This document shows positions 57,556-64,000 of a stretch of 64,000 bases of DNA, piece after piece. Within the stretch, counting starts at the first letter, position 1. The number at the start of each line of letters is the position of its first letter. A program made the position numbers and the translations under genes. A model generated the notes under the pieces. The model made no database searches, was not told where the DNA came from, and worked only from the letters and a program-made list of their open reading frames with translations. Origin of the DNA: a bacterium (lineage in GTDB: Bacteria > Electryoneota > JAOADG01); contig OY820579.1 of the NCBI GenBank assembly GCA_963681965.1, forward strand, positions 1,760,001-1,824,000. The letters run 5' to 3'.

Positions 57556-59520
57556 ATGGCTACTAGAAAACGGGCAGGGGGGGATTCTCCTGCCCGTTCT
57601 CAGTCTATTTCCGAATTAGCGGTTCCACTGGAAGATAAGTTGGAATCGCTGCCGATGCGTCCGGGGTGCTATCTATTCAAAGATAGTAAAGGCAAAGTTA
57701 TTTATGTCGGCAAAGCGAAATTGCTCCGCAATCGTGTTCGCAGTTATTTTTCCGGTCGTAGCGATGGGAGAGCACAATTTCACCGTCTAGTGAATGCAAT
57801 TCGCGATCTTGAGATCATTATCGTCGATAGTGAAATTGAAGCATTAATTCTCGAAAACAATCTGATCAAATTTCATAAACCCCGTTACAACATCGATCTC
57901 CGCGACGATCGCGGTTATCCCTTCTTGAAAATAACCAATGAACCTTTTCCACGTATCTTTCTTCAGCGAACACCCGGGAACGACGATGCTAAATATCTAG
58001 GTCCATTTATGGAAGTTACGGCATTGCGGAGTCTGGTAAGAGAGTTGAAGAAGACCTTTCGGATTCGAACGTGTGAGTTGATAATTAACTCCGATTCGAT
58101 TGCCAAAAAGAAACACAAAATCTGCTTACAATATCACCTGAAACTCTGCGATGGACCCTGCGAAGGACTGACTACGGAAACCGAGTATCAAGCGAATGTG
58201 AAATCGATGATCGATTTACTCAATGGTCGGACAACCGGTTTCGAACGGAAATGGCAGAATCGCATGACTGAATTAGCTGCAGCCAAACGATTTGAGGAAG
58301 CAGCGTTGTTCCGAGATCAATTGCGCGCGATTCAACACATGGCATCCCGCCAACGGGTATTGTCAGTCGATCCCTATGATCGCGATGCCGTCGGAATTTA
58401 TCGCATTGACGATGAAGCTTGTGTCGTACTATTGCGAATTCGAAACGGGAAAATGGTCGGTCGATTGCACTATTTCCTGACACAAATCGATCCCGATCAC
58501 ACCGAGCCGGAATTGGTGTCGGCATTTCTATTTCGACACTATTCCACCGCCGACATCCCGCCAGAGATTTTTGTGCAAAGCGAATCGGAAGAGTGGGATA
58601 CGATTGCAATCGCACTCAAAAAGCTTCGCGGAAGCAACTGCAAGATCGAAGTACCCAAAATCGGCGATAAAGCGGGACAGGTCCGATTGGCAATTGCCAA
58701 TGCCGAATTGTTGCTCGGTCAGAATATGCTCTCAAAACAGAAACGCGATTTCATTCCGCAAAGTATGAAGGGACTACAGGAGTTGCTGGGTCTGGAAAAA
58801 GCACCGACTCGGATAGAGTGTTTCGATATCTCGCACTTAGCCGGAACCGGTACAGTAGCGTCTATGGTCTGTTTTGTCAATTCGAAACCGGCTCGCTCGG
58901 AATATCGTAAATTTGTCGTAAAGACCGTCACCGGGATCGATGATTTCGCCTCGATGAAAGAAGTAGTCGGTCGACGTTACAAGCGGCTTATATCGGAAGA
59001 AAAATCGCTGCCGGATGTAATATTGATTGACGGTGGTAAAGGTCAACTCTCAGCCGCTCGCGAAGCACTTGCCGAAGTCGGTATTCCCGATCACCCGATA
59101 CTAGGATTGGCAAAGCGTGTCGAAGAACTATTTTTGCCGCAAGAAACTGAATCGCGGATCCTTCCCAGAACCTCAAGCGTTCTTAGAGTGTTGCAACAGA
59201 TTCGCGACGAAGCGCACCGCTTTGCCGTGACATTTCAGCAACAACGCCGCAATCTTTCGCTCAAATCCCAACTGGAAGAGATCCCAGGGATTGGTGAGGC
59301 ACGACGTCAACTATTGATGAAACGATTTGGAAGCGTTGCAGCGATGAAGAAAGCATCGATCGAAGAAATTGCCGAAATCGGTGCAATCGGTTCCAAATTG
59401 GCTAATAAAATTCTGGTCTATCTGAATGCGAATGGACAAACGAATGAACTCAATCAATCTGGAAACGATGAAATATCGAAACCGATTGGTTCGAATGGAG
59501 ACAATGATGGTGAAGAGTAA
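57556..59520 (+). CDS. uvrC: Excinuclease ABC subunit C
   Basis: PGCYLF..YVGKAK, EALILENNLIK, IECFDISH, LIDGGKGQ, RDEAHRFA, IPGIG. Confidence 0.99.
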   Translation: MATRKRAGGDSPARSQSISELAVPLEDKLESLPMRPGCYLFKDSKGKVIYVGKAKLLRNRVRSYFSGRSDGRAQFHRLVNAIRDLEIIIVDSEIEALILENNLIKFHKPRYNIDLRDDRGYPFLKITNEPFPRIFLQRTPGNDDAKYLGPFMEVTALRSLVRELKKTFRIRTCELIINSDSIAKKKHKICLQYHLKLCDGPCEGLTTETEYQANVKSMIDLLNGRTTGFERKWQNRMTELAAAKRFEEAALFRDQLRAIQHMASRQRVLSVDPYDRDAVGIYRIDDEACVVLLRIRNGKMVGRLHYFLTQIDPDHTEPELVSAFLFRHYSTADIPPEIFVQSESEEWDTIAIALKKLRGSNCKIEVPKIGDKAGQVRLAIANAELLLGQNMLSKQKRDFIPQSMKGLQELLGLEKAPTRIECFDISHLAGTGTVASMVCFVNSKPARSEYRKFVVKTVTGIDDFASMKEVVGRRYKRLISEEKSLPDVILIDGGKGQLSAAREALAEVGIPDHPILGLAKRVEELFLPQETESRILPRTSSVLRVLQQIRDEAHRFAVTFQQQRRNLSLKSQLEEIPGIGEARRQLLMKRFGSVAAMKKASIEEIAEIGAIGSKLANKILVYLNANGQTNELNQSGNDEISKPIGSNGDNDGEE

Positions 59521-60919
59521 ACAACCTCGACGGAAATGGTTATGGATGATTCTAACGATTCTTATAATCGGATCATCAGTTGTTGTGATAGCGGCAAGCA
59601 ATGAATCGCGTACTTGTTTTATTTATCCCCCATTCAAACATACTTGGGGTGTGGTTCGAGGAACTCCAGCTAAGTTATTCATGTTAGTCGGGAAACGAGC
59701 CACTTTTGCAGAGCCATTAGGACTTTGCTGCGTGCGGCTCGATTGTTGGGATGACCCGAAAATTGCTGGCGATGACGACGAAGTGACAGTTTACGGCGTC
59801 AATTCCAATCAAAATATGGTGATCTATAATAAATCGATGTTTGAATTGGGGATATATGGCGACCGTGAGACCGGATCGGCAAAACTCAATAAACCTTGGG
59901 GTGTAGCTGCCAACAATAAAGGTGACGTGTTTGTAACCGATTTAGGGAATAACCGAGTGGTGAAATTGTTCAATCCCAAATCGGAATTGAAGTATGTATC
60001 GGCTTTCGGCTCGCTAGGTTCAAATAATGGTCAATTCAATTCACCTCGAGGTATTGCACTTGACAACCGCGGAATGATCTATGTCGCCGATTATCTGAAT
60101 AATCGCGTTCAGATTTTCAACTCATCCGGTGTTCATCAGCGAACCATCTTCGGAGTATTGGGTCCGATTGCTGTTGCCGTGATCGATGCCGAGGATCGTT
60201 GGAGCTACTCTTATGGACCGCGTCGCGAAGAATTTCTAATTGTCGTTGACTCGCTCGATGCACGTATTTCGAAATATTCGCTTGAAGGCGATCTGCTGGA
60301 ACGGGTAACCTCGGGCGATTGGGGTGCTGGTACCTGTCAACTTCAATTCTGCACAATCGATTATTTCTCGCAGGTTTTATTAACCGACCGGAAAAATAAT
60401 TGTATCTGGAAACTGGATCGTGATTTGAAAATGATCTGTCGGTTTGGTCGCAAAGGTACTTCCGATTACGAATTCGACGATCCGAGGGGAATTACGATGT
60501 ATCGTCGCTTTGGTCAGACCTTTGTTGCGGAACGGGAAGGGGCACAATATTTGTGGGTTGCCGTCGACTTACTTCACCCACAGGCAAAATGGGATGAGAA
60601 GACACGAATCTTGACCATCACCGGAATTTATTCCGAACCGGCGTTGGTTGATATGGACTTACTTGATGCATCCGATAAAATTGTAACCAGAGTTGCGATG
60701 ATCCGATCTACTGCTGGACCGTTCCAACATGAGTGGGATGGAAATATTAAAACATTTCCAAAATCAGGGTTGACCGATGCCGAACAATCGCAAGCAGCCC
60801 GGTTCCAAGATGGAAAACCGGTACCTCCCGGAAGTTACAAATTGAGGATCGCTTCGAAAGCGACCTATTCTTCAATCAAGGATTTCGTACAGGTGTTGAC
60901 GATACCTGTCACACTTTAA
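59507..60919 (+). CDS. Membrane-anchored/exported NHL-repeat protein with C-terminal FlgD-Ig-like domain
   Basis: N-terminal TM; LNKPWGVA..VTDLGNNRV, FNSPRGIA..VADYLNNRVQIF, FDDPRGI; HEWDG...PVPPGSY. Confidence 0.85.
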   Translation: MVKSKQPRRKWLWMILTILIIGSSVVVIAASNESRTCFIYPPFKHTWGVVRGTPAKLFMLVGKRATFAEPLGLCCVRLDCWDDPKIAGDDDEVTVYGVNSNQNMVIYNKSMFELGIYGDRETGSAKLNKPWGVAANNKGDVFVTDLGNNRVVKLFNPKSELKYVSAFGSLGSNNGQFNSPRGIALDNRGMIYVADYLNNRVQIFNSSGVHQRTIFGVLGPIAVAVIDAEDRWSYSYGPRREEFLIVVDSLDARISKYSLEGDLLERVTSGDWGAGTCQLQFCTIDYFSQVLLTDRKNNCIWKLDRDLKMICRFGRKGTSDYEFDDPRGITMYRRFGQTFVAEREGAQYLWVAVDLLHPQAKWDEKTRILTITGIYSEPALVDMDLLDASDKIVTRVAMIRSTAGPFQHEWDGNIKTFPKSGLTDAEQSQAARFQDGKPVPPGSYKLRIASKATYSSIKDFVQVLTIPVTL

Positions 60920-60934
60920 ACTACTTGGAGTTAA

Positions 60935-61360
60935 TTGTCCGGTATGTTGCATCACGTTGAATTGTATGTCGCTGATTTGAATCGCTCTCTGGCGTTCTGG
61001 GATTGGTTTCTACGGGAACTTGGATACTCTGAATTCCAATCTTGGGACTCGGGAAAAAGTTTCAAATTCGGCGATACTTATATCGTATTTGTTCAAGCTG
61101 AACGGCGATTTTGTCAGGAACCGTACCACCGTTGTCGACCGGGTCTCAATCATCTGGCATTTCATGCGAAGTCACGCGAACAAGTAGACCAGATTTCAAG
61201 GGAAATTCAGTATAGGGGGTTGAAGTTACTATATCCTGAACGTCATCCTTATGCAGGTGGCGAAGGGTATTACGCCCTCTTCTTTGAAGATCCCGATCGA
61301 ATGAAAGTGGAATTGGTTGCTCCAGATCCCATCGAGATTAGTACTCACTCCGAGGGGTGA
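60935..61360 (+). CDS. VOC/glyoxalase family protein
   Basis: LHHVELYVADL, GLNHLAFHA, YALFFEDPDRMKVELV. Confidence 0.93.
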   Translation: MSGMLHHVELYVADLNRSLAFWDWFLRELGYSEFQSWDSGKSFKFGDTYIVFVQAERRFCQEPYHRCRPGLNHLAFHAKSREQVDQISREIQYRGLKLLYPERHPYAGGEGYYALFFEDPDRMKVELVAPDPIEISTHSEG

Positions 61361-61466
61361 GTGATTGAAATAATTGTGGTTTCATTTTCTGTTAAGCAGA
61401 AACAATTATCTAACAATTTTCTGAGGAGTCTTTTAACTGACCGAGTGGAATTCTAAATTGTTTCAC

Positions 61467-61494
61467 TCAAGAGTAATCATTTTTTCGTCGATAG
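61467..61494 (+). promoter_or_regulatory. Possible sigma-28 (FliA)-type promoter
   Basis: TCAAG-15 nt-GTCGATAG versus consensus TAAA-N15-GCCGATAA (spacer one base long). Confidence 0.4.
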
Positions 61495-61518
61495 AAGATA
61501 CGAGGAGGAAGTGGTTCG

Positions 61519-61716
61519 ATGGAATCTGATCGATTGAATATTATCCATAACTGGCGGCAGGTTTACCAACCCACACCGGATGGGCGGAACCGTCACCAAA
61601 ATGGACAATCTTCACCGGATCGAGAACACTCCGAACACCATGATAAAGAACCACCATCGCACGATCCTGTAACCCATCCCAAAGATGAAGAGCACAAAGT
61701 GGATATGACGGTTTAA
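61519..61716 (+). CDS. Small hydrophilic His/Pro/Asp-rich hypothetical protein
   Basis: GAGGAGG SD upstream and a terminator directly downstream. Confidence 0.7.
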   Translation: MESDRLNIIHNWRQVYQPTPDGRNRHQNGQSSPDREHSEHHDKEPPSHDPVTHPKDEEHKVDMTV

Positions 61717-61735
61717 CAGGATCAACATGAATTTG

Positions 61736-61763
61736 AAAAAGCAGGCGAAAAGCCTGCTTTTTT
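61736..61763 (+). terminator. Intrinsic terminator after the small ORF
   Basis: AAAAAGCAGGC-GAAAA-GCCTGCTTTTTT. Confidence 0.88.
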
Positions 61764-61801
61764 GTTGTATCTTATGGTTTAACAAGAATAGAAATTCACT
61801 G

Positions 61802-63220
61802 ATGTTTGCATCATTTTGGAACAAAATTACCGATTCTCTTCGTGGAACCACTAATGATCCTGGTGGTATAGCTAAACGTTTGAAATCGCTTTTATCTGGC
61901 TCGAATCGAGCGGAAACAATATCCTTTGTTCGAAGAGGTGCCCGATCCTTACGTTTGCGAAGCTTGGATTTGAAAACCGGTTCCAATTCAAAATCGCTGG
62001 TTGCCGAAGTCGATGATTGGGTTTTCACGTCTGGTCAAAATGACACAATTCGTTTGATTTTAACTGTATCTCACTGGCAAGGCGGCGAGGAAATTCGACT
62101 CGAAGGAGAAACGGATGTCGTGGAACCTCCATCCATTGTTCCAGGAATAGTCGAGCTGACAATTCCCGAAAGTATGTCGCAAACTACACTGGAATTTTTA
62201 ACACGACCCGATCCAGTTAAACCACTTACTTACTATTTTTCAATCGATGGTGAGGAATTTCACGCACCCGTTCTAGAAATGAGCCGTCGTAGTTTCCGGT
62301 TTCGACTTCCCGCCGATCAGGACATTTCACCGGATGGTGCGTTAAATGGCGATGGTTATATTCGTTTTGTCGATGGGACGTCAATTCCATTTGAGAGTTG
62401 GTGGAACCGGATCGGTAAACTGTTGACCGAAGCTGAAATCCAACGGATCAAATCAAAGCAATTAGAAATTGTAATCGCTTATCTTCGGGACCGGTTTTTA
62501 GCACAAGAAGTCGTATGGGATGGGATGCATAAAGTCGATCCCGAAGACGACAACGAACCGGGCATTCGGATGCGCCGTAAATCGCAATTAGGTGATTTGA
62601 AAGCGCTTTGGTTAGATTCTGATGCACCACCATCGAATTGGTTTCCCGGTGCGATTGAACCGGTTCAGAAATGGACTTCGAAAAGTGCCGATGCGATCGC
62701 AGTCGAATATGATGCTGTTATTGGTTCAAATCGCAGTTTAGTAAACTGGATTGAACAAAATTCGTTGAGTAATAATTTCGAAAATCAGTGCGTTATCATT
62801 CAGCTTGGAACCGGTCAAAGTCACGCTTTGACGATAACTTCCATCGAGAAGACAACTGATCCGGTCGATTGGGAAGCTCTATTTGGTTGGACCAAGCGAT
62901 ATGACTATGAAATTGAGAAAGAAGCTTATTTGGTTGAAGGTTCTCGGCGTGATCATTTCCGGCTGGCACAACAGCTTACGCCATTCAATGTTCGATTGCA
63001 CTGGATCACTCGAAGTAAACTATTTCCTGAAATTGGATCATTTATTTTTCTACCGGACGACTATTCAATAGCGACTCAATTGATCGAGGCAAATAAGTTG
63101 TTAATCCCTCTAGTTCGAGCTTGGGTCTTAGGTGAGGGTGGGGTGGAATGGGATTCGATCGGCATTGCGCCAATGCCAAATGTAGAAGAATGGGCTGAGA
63201 AATTTGCCAATGAACAATAA
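61802..63220 (+). CDS. Hypothetical protein with possible degenerate YcgR/PilZ-like region
   Basis: Long ORF; start set at ATG 61802, downstream of the terminator; LTIPESM...FLTR and VLEMSRRSFRF echo PilZ motifs. Confidence 0.7.
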   Translation: MFASFWNKITDSLRGTTNDPGGIAKRLKSLLSGSNRAETISFVRRGARSLRLRSLDLKTGSNSKSLVAEVDDWVFTSGQNDTIRLILTVSHWQGGEEIRLEGETDVVEPPSIVPGIVELTIPESMSQTTLEFLTRPDPVKPLTYYFSIDGEEFHAPVLEMSRRSFRFRLPADQDISPDGALNGDGYIRFVDGTSIPFESWWNRIGKLLTEAEIQRIKSKQLEIVIAYLRDRFLAQEVVWDGMHKVDPEDDNEPGIRMRRKSQLGDLKALWLDSDAPPSNWFPGAIEPVQKWTSKSADAIAVEYDAVIGSNRSLVNWIEQNSLSNNFENQCVIIQLGTGQSHALTITSIEKTTDPVDWEALFGWTKRYDYEIEKEAYLVEGSRRDHFRLAQQLTPFNVRLHWITRSKLFPEIGSFIFLPDDYSIATQLIEANKLLIPLVRAWVLGEGGVEWDSIGIAPMPNVEEWAEKFANEQ

Positions 63221-63292
63221 ATATGTCAGATTGTTTAATCACGATGGTTGGTCAATAGAAAATTCATTTTCGAACACAATTCTGGGTACTAG

Positions 63293-64000
63293 ATGAAGCA
63301 AATTATTGTTATTTGCCTTGCGATCTCGGTCGTTCTTGCAGGTTGCTCGATGTCTTCGATTACGGTGAAAGCAACTAAACCCTTGATTCGATCCACCTTC
63401 ACTGAAGTAATGGATGAACCGGATCTGGTTATTGCCAAGACTTCGGTCGAATCGAATTTAAAATTGTTAGATGGAATGCTGCATGACCAACCAAAGGATC
63501 GAGAGCTACTGGAATTGGCTGCAATGGGTTATTTTGCCTATTCGATCGCATTTGTCGAAGATGATTCTGCCGCACGGGCGATGGCAATTTATGAAAGATC
63601 AAAAGGGTACGCTGCTCGTGGTTTGGCAACTTTTGGCTACGATACTGCCCTACTGCGGGCTACTCCGGATGAAATTGCCTCGTCAATCGAAAGGCTACCT
63701 GCAAAAGCGACACCATTTGTCTTCTGGTTTGGGTTGTCATCTGCGATGCGAATTATGTTAGCTATTGATAATACTGAATTACTGGCTGACTTGCCGCGCG
63801 TAGAAAATATGATGCAATTAGTAAGGATGCGTGATTCTACGTATTTTTATGGTGGAGCACCACTATTCTTTGGTGTGATGAATGGATTTCGACCAAAGAT
63901 ACTTGGGGGAAATCCTGAACTTGCGGAACGCGAATTCGATCTCTGCCGTAAAATGAGTAACAATCAGTTCCAATTGGAGCGGGTTTTCCGGGCAAGATAC
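63293..64000 (+). CDS. TRAP transporter TatT-family lipoprotein (3'-truncated; absent from the ORF track)
   Basis: Hand translation MKQIIVICLAISVVLAGC (lipobox), DEPDL, NLKLLDGML, GYFAYSIAFVED, YFYGGAP, RPKILGGNPE. Confidence 0.85.
   Translation, partial: MKQIIVICLAISVVLAGCSMSSITVKATKPLIRSTFTEVMDEPDLVIAKTSVESNLKLLDGMLHDQPKDRELLELAAMGYFAYSIAFVEDDSAARAMAIYERSKGYAARGLATFGYDTALLRATPDEIASSIERLPAKATPFVFWFGLSSAMRIMLAIDNTELLADLPRVENMMQLVRMRDSTYFYGGAPLFFGVMNGFRPKILGGNPELAEREFDLCRKMSNNQFQLERVFRARY

Noticed and set aside
59426-59503. Long overlap of the NHL ORF with uvrC
   Set aside because: GGAG at 59497-59500 supports a start at 59504/59507; the upstream codons are incidental
61727-61801. Start of the 497-aa ORF at 61727
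   Set aside because: It would run through an intrinsic terminator; ATG 61802 is more plausible
63429-63761. ORFs 63471-63761 (+) and 63429-63629 (-)
   Set aside because: They are alternative frames of the TatT lipoprotein gene that starts at 63293 and runs off the window

Overview
Bacterial chromosomal window in which every credible gene is on the + strand. The gene content (PorU/PorV, DUF2723, DUF5683-like proteins, TatT) points to the FCB superphylum, probably outside Bacteroidota proper; this is inference. (1) 1-14305: the S10-spc-alpha ribosomal superoperon from rplB (5'-truncated) to rplQ, with secY, adk, map, infA, rpmJ and rpoA, ending in an intrinsic terminator. L22, L5, S5 and L17 carry long extensions, and S14 is a long form that keeps all four Zn cysteines. 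(2) 14.4-28.5 kb: housekeeping and envelope genes (hutU, yjbQ, split methylmalonyl-CoA mutase, birA, coaX, amidase, greA, pspC, gpmI, HhH-GPD glycosylase, and a secreted GxDxY-repeat/HEAT pair). (3) 28.6-39.2 kb: a glycosylation locus with a Wzx flippase, a DUF2723/TMEM260-like GT-C protein, polyprenol-phosphate-mannose synthase, GT2s, RmlD and a methyltransferase. Together with a marked excess of D-[S/T] dipeptides in exported proteins, this is my best candidate for a protein O-mannosylation system. (4) 40.7-53.7 kb: a promoter-to-terminator operon with a structured leader, encoding a PorU-like C25 sortase, PorV, a catalytically dead M6-like protein with a T9SS-type C-terminal domain, a gluzincin-PD40-Omp85 fusion and two DUF5683-like proteins. 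(5) 53.7-64 kb: RmlD-like SDR, deoxynucleoside kinase, mce, a Met gamma-lyase-like enzyme, a cNMP-binding protein, uvrC, NHL and VOC proteins, a small ORF, a degenerate PilZ-like protein and a 3'-truncated TatT lipoprotein. Several long imperfect hairpins lie in 5' leaders. I found no tRNA, rRNA, CRISPR array or mobile element. All calls come from motif recognition by eye; no searches were run.
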